Virus record (IMG/VR): IMGVR_UViG_3300020256_000002
Span: 1 to 64,000 of that record
DNA: 64,000 nt
Strand: one strand, 5' to 3'
Source: an uncultured virus (IMG/VR IMGVR_UViG_3300020256_000002)
Taxonomy: Duplodnaviria > Heunggongvirae > Uroviricota > Caudoviricetes
Positions 18,208 through 28,558 of this stretch are shown here, piece by piece (position 1 is the stretch's first letter; each line of letters begins with the position of its first letter). The notes below the pieces were generated by a model, which worked only from the letters and a program-made list of their open reading frames with translations, ran no database searches and was not told the origin of the DNA. The position numbers and the translations under genes were made by a program.

Positions 18208-18308
18208 AATATCTCACAAAGATATCATAGAGGGGATAGTCGTTTAGCTTCGCTATCCCTTTTTGTCTACAACCATAACTACAATAACAAAACAGGAATT
18301 ATCCAGGA

Positions 18309-19028
18309 ATGCTGAACGAAGCAGTAATAGGAGATTTCAGCGCTAAGATTAGAGGTTTATCGGAGAAGCCTAGATACGCCGCAGTGAGTCCCTTGAAAAC
18401 AATACATCCTACACCAAACATGCATTCTAAGATGGAAAACATTAGACTGTGGTTATACAATATAAATCCGCTATTTGAGGAAACCATTATCCTCAAGTTC
18501 ATGTCTAACAATGAGTTAGCTAGTGATGGCTGGTTTAAATTCTATTTTGATGGTGTTAGATTATTTCTCTACGTTGACGTGAACATTGGTCGACGTATTG
18601 TGAATGAAGAAATTATTGATAGTTTGTTTCTAGCCAAACAGGCTATTGGGAATTGGTACGAAGAATATAAGCAGGTTGCTAGTAGACCCGTGAAATATTC
18701 TACGGACTACGTTTCTAAACGACACAGTTTAGCTATGTGCGAACTATTGCGCCATGCCATGCCTGTAGAGGCGCTGTGTAAAGAGAAGGTAGGGTATGCC
18801 GAGACATACATTAACTGTCGCATCGCGGTAGTTAACCTTGACCGTGTTGACGACGATGTGTTTTACCACCTAAACAAATTACCCGACTACCGCTGGTATT
18901 ATTCAAGTGGAACTTTCGTTATACACTACACTGATTTTACCAAAGAGTTATTGGAACAGTTACGTCGTGAGGCAGAACTGTCCATTGCAACAACAAAATA
19001 TTGGGTGGAACGCTTATTGACATACTGA
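18309..19028 (+). CDS. Hypothetical protein
   Basis: 239-aa ORF. Confidence 0.65.
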   Translation: MLNEAVIGDFSAKIRGLSEKPRYAAVSPLKTIHPTPNMHSKMENIRLWLYNINPLFEETIILKFMSNNELASDGWFKFYFDGVRLFLYVDVNIGRRIVNEEIIDSLFLAKQAIGNWYEEYKQVASRPVKYSTDYVSKRHSLAMCELLRHAMPVEALCKEKVGYAETYINCRIAVVNLDRVDDDVFYHLNKLPDYRWYYSSGTFVIHYTDFTKELLEQLRREAELSIATTKYWVERLLTY

Positions 19029-19041
19029 AAGGAGATGTAAC

Positions 19042-19608
19042 ATGGTTGAAGGCGTAGAAAAAGAAGTACGGTACTACAGGCGATTTAAGGAAACTCTTTT
19101 AGAGGCACTCAAACCGCAAATGGATGTACTAAGAACATTTTTCAAAATGGATGATGTTGTAACATGTGCTACTGAACGATTCGTTTCTATTGCTAAGCTC
19201 AACCGGTGGAGCGAATCCCAGATTAGCGTCTATATACTGCCGTACGTAATGCGTGCAAAGGTAGGATTAGACCGCGTGTTAAAAGAAGAAGATAGTTGGG
19301 TCGGACTGTATCGCGATAAGGGTTCTAAATACCCCACGATATTTGAAGCACCAACCATCTTCATGCATGACGCTGTACACTGGCGACAGGATACGAAATT
19401 GGTTACCCGAGCGGTACTACTAGATTTCATGTCTCACTACCCCTACGTCCTCTGTGGGCGTTCTAAGGTAGATAACCCAGAGTCAGTTAACGTCAACGAT
19501 TTGTTAATCATGCGTGGCTTATTGTCAGACGATTTCATGGAACACAAACCCATTGTGGGGATGTATACCTTGAATGAGGTAAAGAATAAGTTAGGCGACA
19601 TTGAGTAG
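19042..19608 (+). CDS. Hypothetical protein
   Basis: 188-aa ORF with AAGGAG RBS. Confidence 0.7.
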   Translation: MVEGVEKEVRYYRRFKETLLEALKPQMDVLRTFFKMDDVVTCATERFVSIAKLNRWSESQISVYILPYVMRAKVGLDRVLKEEDSWVGLYRDKGSKYPTIFEAPTIFMHDAVHWRQDTKLVTRAVLLDFMSHYPYVLCGRSKVDNPESVNVNDLLIMRGLLSDDFMEHKPIVGMYTLNEVKNKLGDIE

Positions 19609-19654
19609 GGGTGAAATTCCCCTACCTTTATTAGTTAAAATAAAAGGAAGACTA

Positions 19655-20809
19655 ATGAACACTTTAAATATAGATTTACCCGTTAACCCAATGCCAAAAG
19701 ATATTTGTGCAATCGGCTTGGCGGCACTGTTACGTAAAGAGCAGATTATTCATACCGTGGAATCTGAAACCAGCTCTGAAGTTGAGATGCATACGCACAA
19801 TCGCCCTGCCCTGGGATTACTTGACATTAAGATGGTCTTCCCCATGGGTTACCAGTCATGTAATTTAACGCCATCACTGTTTGAACATATGGTCGCGGAT
19901 GAAAGTGGTAAAGCCCTTACACTCAGTGATGAGACTGACCCTAAAGTGTTGTTTGATATAGACAATGCAAAGTTGCTATGGTCACCGCCAGAAACACATG
20001 ACGATGAAAAGATTCGTAATCCATTATTGGAAGATAGTGGACATGTTGTAGACTACGCCACCTTTATTATCCGTGAGGAATGTGAGGTAGAGAAATTTCA
20101 TGGTCAGATGTTACCGTATCGCTTTGTTCAGGTGGTATGGGCGTATGAAGAAGGCATTTCGTTGGAAGAACAAATTGCACCTTACGCGGATTGCAAAATC
20201 TACGAACCCCAAGACCCTGAGATTGAAGAATACCTGACGGAGAACAATCGCCTTATGGATATTTACGTGCAAGAGGTTACTGGGGAGATAGAGGATAACG
20301 TCAATAGTTATCTGGACTCTATTGGACTGGACTTTGATTTTCATAATCTGGAAACGGACATTCCAAAAGACGTTTTGATTGCAGCTGCAACTAACTTCCC
20401 TAGCGTACGTGACCAACTACCTAACAATCCATTCTTCTTGTATCGTGCACCGCGCACAATGTCTGAAGATGAGATGAAGGTATATGCTGTCTGCTACAAT
20501 GAAAATGCGGAACTGTACAATCCCTTATGTTCGATTAAGTCGGACTCTGAATTATTGTGTAAAAAGACCGTGGCGTTTGTAAAAGATAGATTCAAAGCAC
20601 GTTTAGCCATATATCATCCAGATGACATACCAGACGATGTTGAAGGTGTATGGGACGATGAGACGGTGCGAGTTCACCGCAGTATCATCTTTATCCCGAT
20701 TAACCACTTTAATCTGGAACTAATCAGTCACCTGAACGATGATATTAATCGTCGCTTAGATGAATTGGAAACGTTCTTTGATGAAGTAAACGCGGATAAT
20801 GAGTCGTAA
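19655..20809 (+). CDS. Acidic hypothetical protein
   Basis: Start moved to MNTLN, after the AATAAAAGGA RBS. Confidence 0.7.
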   Translation: MNTLNIDLPVNPMPKDICAIGLAALLRKEQIIHTVESETSSEVEMHTHNRPALGLLDIKMVFPMGYQSCNLTPSLFEHMVADESGKALTLSDETDPKVLFDIDNAKLLWSPPETHDDEKIRNPLLEDSGHVVDYATFIIREECEVEKFHGQMLPYRFVQVVWAYEEGISLEEQIAPYADCKIYEPQDPEIEEYLTENNRLMDIYVQEVTGEIEDNVNSYLDSIGLDFDFHNLETDIPKDVLIAAATNFPSVRDQLPNNPFFLYRAPRTMSEDEMKVYAVCYNENAELYNPLCSIKSDSELLCKKTVAFVKDRFKARLAIYHPDDIPDDVEGVWDDETVRVHRSIIFIPINHFNLELISHLNDDINRRLDELETFFDEVNADNES

Positions 20810-20873
20810 AATTACACCCTTGCCTATCTTTATAGGTGGGCAAACTTTAACGAAATAAAAGGAAAGGTAGGAT

Positions 20874-21482
20874 ATGCAGATAGATAGCCTCGACGCATTC
20901 GATGCTTCAGTCTACGGGCTGCCTCACAAAGGTACAATCGACTTTGTTAAGAACCAGTTTACACAAGGTTGGGAAAACTTAACGGAAGCCGGTCGTAGTT
21001 TCTTCGAAGAAAAGCGGGAGCTTGTAGAACGAGCAACTAGTGAAGAAGCATACCGTCGTACCGAAGCTCTGGCGCGTAAGTTTCGCCATGCATGGGACAC
21101 TGACGACATCAAGTATGTTGGTGACGTGGGTGCTCTACAGCAAGCTAAACTTACTATGCAACGTTGGCTTATGGCCGACCCTGAAATTCGTGAGATGCGT
21201 AACCAACAAATTTGTGATGGTTATTCTAAAACTTATGATGATTGGGAACCTAACCGCATCGGCGAAGACCATGCAGATTATCGTCGTGTTACTGACGGTA
21301 TCTTTATGGAAGACGAAGAGGGCGGTGGCTGCTGTACCAGTTACTACGAGTCGCATGTAAACGCAGAAGATGATTTGACGTTTACGCAACAAGTGGATAT
21401 CAAGGCAGCTTGGGGTGCACAACGTTTGTTGATGAAGCGCCGTCGTGAGGATACAACGTCTCCTCTAAACGACAGACTGTAA
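20874..21482 (+). CDS. Probable conserved chimallivirus core protein
   Basis: 202 aa; middle-type promoter at 20813-20835; lies in the conserved block between beta' and the SbcD nuclease. Confidence 0.6.
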   Translation: MQIDSLDAFDASVYGLPHKGTIDFVKNQFTQGWENLTEAGRSFFEEKRELVERATSEEAYRRTEALARKFRHAWDTDDIKYVGDVGALQQAKLTMQRWLMADPEIREMRNQQICDGYSKTYDDWEPNRIGEDHADYRRVTDGIFMEDEEGGGCCTSYYESHVNAEDDLTFTQQVDIKAAWGAQRLLMKRRREDTTSPLNDRL

Positions 21483-21540
21483 GTAAATAGAAGAGGGGGG
21501 TGAAAACTCCTTTCTTTTTTGTAATGGGGATACCTGGGAT

Positions 21541-21948
21541 ATGAACAATAGAACAATACCAACTTTATCGGCAAAGGGTTGGCTTAAAGATGGGGATGTT
21601 GCAGAACGCTTAGACCATGCGATGTCTTATGCCTTCACGAGTGATAATTCACAGTCGGTAACATTTGCTGGTAAAATAGTAAGTATTCAATGGGTTATCT
21701 CTAAGTACAATAAAAATATTACTCAATTGCAATCTTCTATACAGAAGACGCTTGAGGATTACCTTAAGAAACTTTTTGATAGCGTAGACCTACACGTCGA
21801 AATAAAAGAAGACGGGGCTAAGCTAGAAATTGTAACGCGTGGGGTTATTACCAATAACGGTAAAAGCCAAGACATGCAATATTTAATCACTGTTCGTAAT
21901 TCAACCATTGAAAAGGTTACGAACGTTCTTAATGATGTCGAGGGTTAA
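21541..21948 (+). CDS. Probable conserved hypothetical protein (possible gp25-like fold)
   Basis: 135 aa; helix-helix-beta pattern; fold call is inference only. Confidence 0.45.
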   Translation: MNNRTIPTLSAKGWLKDGDVAERLDHAMSYAFTSDNSQSVTFAGKIVSIQWVISKYNKNITQLQSSIQKTLEDYLKKLFDSVDLHVEIKEDGAKLEIVTRGVITNNGKSQDMQYLITVRNSTIEKVTNVLNDVEG

Positions 21949-21949
21949 G

Positions 21950-22519
21950 ATGGCCGACGAAAAACAAGTACCCGTAGTTCCGGATAAGTACGAAACAAAT
22001 GAAACCACTATGCCTGCGGAGCTGGTGGATGCCATGTTATCAATTGGTGAAATGACAGACGGTATTGTGCGTGCAATACCTGAGGCAGACTTCCGTAACA
22101 AGTATTTGCCTATGTTCACGTCCACTGCTAAAAACGTTGACCTGTCACCGTGGCTGGATATCTCCGGTACGGCGTACGAGTCTGTAAATGTAGTGAAGAA
22201 CGGACAAGTCATCTTTGTTGTTCCACCACTGGTTAAACGCCACCCCACCTTGATTAATGTTCAATCGCATAAATCATCCCACACCATCATGATTGAGGCA
22301 CGTCAGTACCATGACCGTCACCCAGCATTGGGTCAGCGCCACATCATCGATAACTTGGGTGAGAAGATTGTAAAAGAAGGTGTGGACTTGGAAGAAGTTC
22401 GTCAGTGGAACGCAATCTTGGAGTATTACGGATTCGAACCTATTGGCGGGTTAAAGTCCGAGAAAATTGAAGAACCAAAAGCAGCAGAGTTCAAAGACGA
22501 TGATTTCGAAGAGATGTAA
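21950..22519 (+). CDS. Probable conserved hypothetical protein
   Basis: Start moved to MADEK; W-DI-G...V-V...F-VPP pattern. Confidence 0.6.
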   Translation: MADEKQVPVVPDKYETNETTMPAELVDAMLSIGEMTDGIVRAIPEADFRNKYLPMFTSTAKNVDLSPWLDISGTAYESVNVVKNGQVIFVVPPLVKRHPTLINVQSHKSSHTIMIEARQYHDRHPALGQRHIIDNLGEKIVKEGVDLEEVRQWNAILEYYGFEPIGGLKSEKIEEPKAAEFKDDDFEEM

Positions 22520-23645
22520 GCGCGGCGAACTCAATGTTGCTTTCATTTCTGACATACACGTTGGGCACCCACGGGTGCCTACCGTCAGCGTAGTCGATGG
22601 TCTACATAAAGCTTTTCCTGATAACAAAGAAACGTCTGAACTGGATGTCATCTTTATTGCTGGGGATTTCTTTGACCGTAACTTATATTTGTCGTATGAC
22701 GGTATCGGTGAGATTCAAATCTTTATCCGTCACCTAATACGCCTGTGTGAAAAGTACAACATTGTGTTACGTCTATTAGAAGGTACGCCTTCGCATGACT
22801 GGAAGCAGGGTTGTATGTTTACGCAGATACATGAGTTGTTAGAATCCAAGTGTGATTTCCGCTGGATTGAGAACCTGTGCATTGAGTACATTGAGTCGTT
22901 AGACATTAACGTTCTATATGTACCTGATGAATGGGAACATGACCCTAACGACACATGGTCGCAAGTTCAAGGTTTACTACACGACCGTGGATTAGAGAAG
23001 GTTGACTTCAGTGTCATGCACGGATTGTTTGAGTTTCAATTACCTGAACACTTAAACTTTTCACATCACCTCTCTGACCGGTACTTAGGTATAACCGAAC
23101 ACTACGTTGACATTGGACACCACCATACCCAACGTTCGTACAAAAGTAAGAAGTATAATTCCTCTGTGCTAGTGAATGGGTCTTTTGATAGACTCTGTCA
23201 TGGTGAGGAAGGTGCTAAAGGGCATTACCGTGTGTGTATTCATGCGGACAAACCTGACGATATTACTTTTATCGAAAATGAACTTGCAACTAAGTTTATA
23301 ACGATTAGCTGTTTAGACATGACGCTGTCTGACACCATGGACGTTTTAAAAGAACGGGTGGAGAAGTTACCAGCGCATTCGCATGTCAGAATAATTGCAC
23401 GGGCAGGCTCAGAAGTAGCGGCAGCCAAACGTGACCTCGAATTGATGTGGGACCATGTTAAATGGACCATTAACAGAGAGGCTGCGGAAGACATGGTTAA
23501 CGATTCTAAAATGGAATTGGTAACTAAGTATCAAACTGTCGATATTACCAAAGATTCTGTCAAACGTTTACTCGAGGCACGTCTAGACCATATTGACATG
23601 CCTAAACGAGAGAAGATGTTAGGTCTTCTCGACGGAGTATTGTAA
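22500..23645 (+). CDS. SbcD/Mre11-like metallophosphoesterase nuclease
   Basis: SDIHVG, AGDFFD, GTPSHD, MHG and GHHH calcineurin-like motifs. Confidence 0.88.
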   Translation: MISKRCKRGELNVAFISDIHVGHPRVPTVSVVDGLHKAFPDNKETSELDVIFIAGDFFDRNLYLSYDGIGEIQIFIRHLIRLCEKYNIVLRLLEGTPSHDWKQGCMFTQIHELLESKCDFRWIENLCIEYIESLDINVLYVPDEWEHDPNDTWSQVQGLLHDRGLEKVDFSVMHGLFEFQLPEHLNFSHHLSDRYLGITEHYVDIGHHHTQRSYKSKKYNSSVLVNGSFDRLCHGEEGAKGHYRVCIHADKPDDITFIENELATKFITISCLDMTLSDTMDVLKERVEKLPAHSHVRIIARAGSEVAAAKRDLELMWDHVKWTINREAAEDMVNDSKMELVTKYQTVDITKDSVKRLLEARLDHIDMPKREKMLGLLDGVL

Positions 23646-23647
23646 TT

Positions 23648-23932
23648 ATGATTAGTAGTATAACTAATAATCTGGACATGACCAATTGTTTATCTGGGGT
23701 GATTAACGATACGGCCGATGCGGGGATAGCCAAGTCTCTCCCCAAAGAGGAAATATTTAAAAGCATAGAAGTTGCTTTATACAATCATTTGCGTAACGGT
23801 GGGTTAGAACACATAACTTTCACTGCCATACCTAAATCATTAGTTAAACCAGAAGTTGTAACTTACCACTTTTTAAATAATGACGAAGAGTTTGGTAGGT
23901 TGGTCTTGGAACTAAAGGGCGAGGTAAATTAA
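23648..23932 (+). CDS. Hypothetical protein
   Basis: 94-aa ORF, coupled spacing. Confidence 0.55.
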   Translation: MISSITNNLDMTNCLSGVINDTADAGIAKSLPKEEIFKSIEVALYNHLRNGGLEHITFTAIPKSLVKPEVVTYHFLNNDEEFGRLVLELKGEVN

Positions 23933-23933
23933 C

Positions 23934-24749
23934 ATGAATGCCTCACTCGAAAACAGAGAACTGGGGCAACAAGTCCCGGTCTCTATTCCCACGGCTATTC
24001 CTTTCGAGGAAGTCGTATTAAAAGAAGACGGTGAAAAGGGAGACATCTGGGTTAACGTCCGGACACTCGTTCGTAACTGTCTTAATTGTTTGTCTACGGA
24101 AGATAAGCTGACTATATCCCCAATGGATTTAGCACCAGTGATATTGGAAGAGATGCACGTACTTAGTGATTTAACACGTCAGGCGAGTCATGATACTCGT
24201 CGTGTCGTATATTATGTCACCGAGAAGAAATCTTTTGCTCGATGTTTCCCAAAGGCCATACCTAAGGGTTATACAACCGCTCGACAAAAGCATGAACTGC
24301 AACTGACTACCGAAACACTACTTGAGGTATTTGGTTCTGCAAGTGATAGTATTAAAATCTTTGACATTAAGTTACAGGGCGAAGACCGACCCGTTTTATT
24401 ACTGACGCACCAACCAATCGATTTATTATCAAATTACAGTTTCCCATCTTGCAAACTCTTAGAATCACATACTGGCAAAATTAAACCAAAAACTTACTGG
24501 AACAGTAAACTGTCTGGTAAGGATAGTGGACTTATGCCATTTAATGCGATGACGTTGCAGATATTTGGGGATGGGGAGAACTTTGCAGCGTATCCCCGTA
24601 AATTGAAATTGGAACTGATTGAGTTGGCGAAGAAGAATAAATGGTCGCCCATCACAACCAACGCCAAGGTGGAATCTGACTTAAACAAAATGACGGATAA
24701 GTTAGGTGCCCAGATGCTGAAGGATATGTTGCGGAATAAACCAAGATAA
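23934..24749 (+). CDS. Probable conserved chimallivirus core protein
   Basis: 271 aa; WVNVRTL-RN, LLTH-PIDLL, LLESHTG and QIFGD motifs; syntenic position. Confidence 0.6.
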   Translation: MNASLENRELGQQVPVSIPTAIPFEEVVLKEDGEKGDIWVNVRTLVRNCLNCLSTEDKLTISPMDLAPVILEEMHVLSDLTRQASHDTRRVVYYVTEKKSFARCFPKAIPKGYTTARQKHELQLTTETLLEVFGSASDSIKIFDIKLQGEDRPVLLLTHQPIDLLSNYSFPSCKLLESHTGKIKPKTYWNSKLSGKDSGLMPFNAMTLQIFGDGENFAAYPRKLKLELIELAKKNKWSPITTNAKVESDLNKMTDKLGAQMLKDMLRNKPR

Positions 24750-24890
24750 CTTTCTGGTCAAAAACTACACACTCATGCGATTGTATAGCAGTCGCATTGA
24801 CTTCTTTTAACTAACCAAATGTTGGGAATAAGGTGAAAAAATACTCACCCCCTCTATTTATTGATAAGACACACGTAAGGAAAAGCTCCC

Positions 24891-25625
24891 ATGAGTAATC
24901 AACAAAACTTCCGTAAGCAGCGTAAGAAGACTGCCTTGGACCACGCTAAAATGCGTCTCTATGGTGAAAAGCTGGACAACGCTAAATCAGCGCCTACGTT
25001 ACTGTTCTACTTAACTGAAGATGGTAACCCGCGTATCGATGTTTATACTGGTGTTGAAGGTGATAAAGACAATGGTCTGATTCGTGCTGCCATGGACATT
25101 CGTACTGCACAAGCTTTGATTGCTCTGTCCGACGAAGTCATCAAACACGATGGTCCATGCCGATTCTACATCTCAAACAAAAACTATCTGTGGCCTGGCG
25201 GTAAGCGTTCAGACTCACCGGTAGAAGTATCGAAGACTGTTATCGGTAAAGCCGAAGATGGTCGCATCTACCTGTCGTTGGTAGCGAAGGAACGTCCGAA
25301 GGCTATCTTCTACATGACGTCTCCGTTCTTCCACAAAGTAACAGATGCTGAAGGCCAACCAATTGAGAAAGGTCTTGAGTCTCGCCTGTTTGCTAAAGGT
25401 TACTTCGGTCAGGTTCGTGAACTGCTGGCTATCGTTAGCGCAATCACGTACAAAGAACCACAGCCTAAAGGTCAAGGCGGTGGCGGCTACAACCGTGGCG
25501 GCGGTAACGGCGGTGGCTACAACAACAACAACGGTGGCGGTAACTACGGCAATAATGGCGGTGGTAACGGCAACGGTGGTAATAGTGGCGGTGGTAACGA
25601 TTACGACGACGACATGCCTTTCTAA
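24891..25625 (+). CDS. chmC: Probable ChmC nucleus-associated nucleic-acid-binding protein with a G/N-rich tail
   Basis: Folded N-domain plus a disordered Gly/Asn tail; core gene upstream of the gp68-like/PicA/Nlp block, the recalled ChmC position; ends in YDDDMPF. Confidence 0.65.
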   Translation: MSNQQNFRKQRKKTALDHAKMRLYGEKLDNAKSAPTLLFYLTEDGNPRIDVYTGVEGDKDNGLIRAAMDIRTAQALIALSDEVIKHDGPCRFYISNKNYLWPGGKRSDSPVEVSKTVIGKAEDGRIYLSLVAKERPKAIFYMTSPFFHKVTDAEGQPIEKGLESRLFAKGYFGQVRELLAIVSAITYKEPQPKGQGGGGYNRGGGNGGGYNNNNGGGNYGNNGGGNGNGGNSGGGNDYDDDMPF

Positions 25626-25634
25626 GGACGTCCG

Positions 25635-26006
25635 ATGTCAATCTTCCAGTGTCAAGTCTGCGGCTGTGCTGAAAACACAGCCTGCGGATGGTTCCACACT
25701 AGGTTCAATGAAAGATTGAATAAACCTGAAGACCTAGGCATTGCTAAATGTAGTGCCTGTGGTCCTCAGACCTACCCTAGTGGGGACGATAACAAAAACT
25801 TTAATGGTGAATGGCACGGTCGTTTTAAACGACGCTTTTTACCACATGGGGAATTCTTTACTAATGAACAGGGTAACATTGAACATGTTCACTCTGGGTT
25901 AATTGGTAATGAAGCATATGAAGTCTATGGGGCGGATGTAATGTATCCTAAGGTACAAGCAATCTATCCCGTACCGGCTAACCCACGCTTTAAGAAGAAG
26001 GGGTGA
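25635..26006 (+). CDS. Cys-rich phage hypothetical protein
   Basis: FQCQVCGCAENTA...CSAC...WHGRF. Confidence 0.65.
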   Translation: MSIFQCQVCGCAENTACGWFHTRFNERLNKPEDLGIAKCSACGPQTYPSGDDNKNFNGEWHGRFKRRFLPHGEFFTNEQGNIEHVHSGLIGNEAYEVYGADVMYPKVQAIYPVPANPRFKKKG

Positions 26007-26344
26007 GCACAATGTCAATGGGTATGTCAAACAAGGAACTACAGGTAGCAATTGACCAGGCTTCCAGCGAAAGACGGATGTGGGGTGAGAACAATGAAGT
26101 GGATAACCATATAGCAAACCTAATGGCTATTCAGTTGTTACGTGCTAGCGAACCCACGCATCCCATCAACGCAGTGCAAAAGGCCATTGACCAAGTTAGT
26201 GACCAACTGCATAAAGCGGAAATGGGTGCTTTAACTAGTGCCACCTGTAACCAATTCCGTAGTCGGTTGGAAAAACTGTATGCGCTGCAAGATATGCTTC
26301 TTGAGGCTAGTGTAGATACTCCTTCCAAAAAGGAACAAGAATAG
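26003..26344 (+). CDS. Hypothetical helical protein
   Basis: 113-aa ORF overlapping the previous stop. Confidence 0.55.
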   Translation: MSTMSMGMSNKELQVAIDQASSERRMWGENNEVDNHIANLMAIQLLRASEPTHPINAVQKAIDQVSDQLHKAEMGALTSATCNQFRSRLEKLYALQDMLLEASVDTPSKKEQE

Positions 26345-26387
26345 GGGCGTTTCCCCCTTTTCTTTTTTTATCTAAGGGGAAATCAAA

Positions 26388-26873
26388 GTGTCCAGTTTTA
26401 ACGCAATAAATACTGGTGAGGAACTAAAGAAATGGTACATCAAACTTTTAGACCTAAGTCAGTTTGAAAACCCTAAAGATGTAGGCGTGTTGATACGTAA
26501 CATCAAACATAGGTCGACTTTTGCTATAGCGGCGGTTGACTCTAAGGTGAGAGACATCACAAATGTTCCAGAGAGCGCCATATCAAGACAAATACCACCC
26601 ACCGGTACCACAATAGTGTTTGTTGATAACTTGTCTATAGCGACTTGTGGCGAAACGCGTAAGCTATTTCTAGTTGGTAGCGCAGTAGGTTTTAAACCAA
26701 CGTTCAAACTTAATGACGAAGTGGAGTATCTAATTGGTGTAGTAGGCGGGGCAAGGAATAACGTCTTAACTGAATTGGATTATTTCACCATTGAAAAGGA
26801 TGAATCTGGTTACCATGAACCTCTGTCAATCTGTAGATTGGAATCTCTGAAAGATTGGTGCGGGCGCAATTGA
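26388..26873 (+). CDS. Hypothetical protein
   Basis: 161 aa; GTG start with AAGGGG RBS. Confidence 0.55.
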   Translation: MSSFNAINTGEELKKWYIKLLDLSQFENPKDVGVLIRNIKHRSTFAIAAVDSKVRDITNVPESAISRQIPPTGTTIVFVDNLSIATCGETRKLFLVGSAVGFKPTFKLNDEVEYLIGVVGGARNNVLTELDYFTIEKDESGYHEPLSICRLESLKDWCGRN

Positions 26874-26939
26874 AAATATTTTCAAAGATATATTATAAAC
26901 GTGCTACGGACCTGTTAAATAAAAGTATTGGAGAACAGA

Positions 26940-28475
26940 ATGCCATTAAAAATATACCCTGCTAACAACAGATTCACTTCTGTTAAAGTAGAGTTGGATG
27001 ATACGACCATTTCATTCAACACACAGAACTTTGACCGAAGTAATGTCAATGACCCTGCAAGAAGCATGGGGCCACTGAATCGTTATTTAGCGTCCTTGAG
27101 TAAAGAAGACCAGCAAGAAATACTTGAGACCTACGATGACATTCGTGAGTCCTTCGATTCCGTACGTTCACGTGAGCGGCTCACTGTAAAACTAAAACAA
27201 CACATTGCTCGCCTGTATGACACCATTGATGTAGATAAAATGTTCCGGTGGCTAGAAATGCACTTGGACATTAGTGCAGGTGAAGTTAATGAGCACTACA
27301 GTGAAGACGATGGTCCTCGTGAACTAACTTACATTCGAAGCGAGTATAAAGGCTTGGTTCGTTTGGGGATGGTGCTAAAGCCGTTGTTGCCAATTATTGG
27401 TGAGTATATGGCGGCGATAGCGAAAGATGTTGGTACTGCTTATAAAGAGTACCGTACGATGGATTTGATAGACCCACGCATTATGGCGCGGCCTGAATGG
27501 GAGCGTTTAAATGTATACGTGACCGTCAACTCTACGTACAGCCGTAAGACTACATCAGCAGTTTACGGTTCATTGAGTACTGAAGAGTTACCTGAGTGGC
27601 TGTTGTCATTTGCGGTGATTCGTAAGGTATTACTGATTGACCCTAACGATGGTACTGAACACATTGTGCGTAAGATGTACAACTATCTGAAATCCAAGAT
27701 GGACCAGATGGATAAATCATTCGAGCGCATAGGTGATAAACATCGTCCTACGGATAATGCCCGTGAAGAAGACAATTTGTCTATCATGGAAAATACCCGT
27801 GTCCGCCAAGAGTTGTCCAAACGTGTACCCCGTGACATTGAGCATTACGTCATCAGGCACTGGGAAACAATGGCAGAGCGACTACAACCCGGCATCGATA
27901 TCAAGTTAGTAAAGGCTTGTATTGATAACCTAGTACGCTCTAACTTGGTGGTGAATGAAGTACACTACATGATTTGCGGTAACATGGTCTCAGAGGTAAT
28001 TGCACCTTCTGCCCAATACCACATCACTCATGTACCAATGTGTCATCTGCTAGGTATCTGCCAAGCTATCTTACACACTCGTGGTTTTGATGTTCTTGCT
28101 GCTTTGTGCAGTGCGAAGTTCTTAGCCCGCGACCCAGGTGAAATCTCACTGGGTGGTAGTGGACATGCTAAGTCTCGCGTAACTCGTGCGGACTTGGAGA
28201 TACTGGCTGAAATCTATCCACATTATCGTCGCACAAGCGGTAAACCACTGACGTCGAAAAATAACGTCGGTAACGATTGGATTGATGACCTGTTGGATAA
28301 AGTTAATTCAGTTAATATTGAAAATAACTTACCCACGCCATTAGAAACAGACGAAACTGCTGAAGGTACTCCTTTGATTATCCCAAGCAACTTCCGTCCG
28401 GAGTGTGCACGTTTCTTGATGGATTTGGACAAGCACTACCGTGGTGACCACGGGAACACAACGAAGTCAACTTAA
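26940..28475 (+). CDS. Non-virion RNAP promoter-specificity (sigma-like) subunit, phiKZ gp68-like
   Basis: About 511 aa, helical; early motif at 26886; precedes the PicA, Nlp and beta genes as in the conserved block. Confidence 0.7.
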   Translation: MPLKIYPANNRFTSVKVELDDTTISFNTQNFDRSNVNDPARSMGPLNRYLASLSKEDQQEILETYDDIRESFDSVRSRERLTVKLKQHIARLYDTIDVDKMFRWLEMHLDISAGEVNEHYSEDDGPRELTYIRSEYKGLVRLGMVLKPLLPIIGEYMAAIAKDVGTAYKEYRTMDLIDPRIMARPEWERLNVYVTVNSTYSRKTTSAVYGSLSTEELPEWLLSFAVIRKVLLIDPNDGTEHIVRKMYNYLKSKMDQMDKSFERIGDKHRPTDNAREEDNLSIMENTRVRQELSKRVPRDIEHYVIRHWETMAERLQPGIDIKLVKACIDNLVRSNLVVNEVHYMICGNMVSEVIAPSAQYHITHVPMCHLLGICQAILHTRGFDVLAALCSAKFLARDPGEISLGGSGHAKSRVTRADLEILAEIYPHYRRTSGKPLTSKNNVGNDWIDDLLDKVNSVNIENNLPTPLETDETAEGTPLIIPSNFRPECARFLMDLDKHYRGDHGNTTKST

Positions 28476-28558
28476 CTCGTGCGATTAATAACCATATATT
28501 ATCGTAACGAATCAAATAACCCGAAAGCATCTTATTGCAAAATAAAAGGAAGATAAGA

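Noticed and set aside
25470..25610. GGC/AAC tandem repeats resembling a repeat array
   Set aside because: Explained by the Gly/Asn low-complexity protein tail; no constant repeat-spacer structure, so not CRISPR
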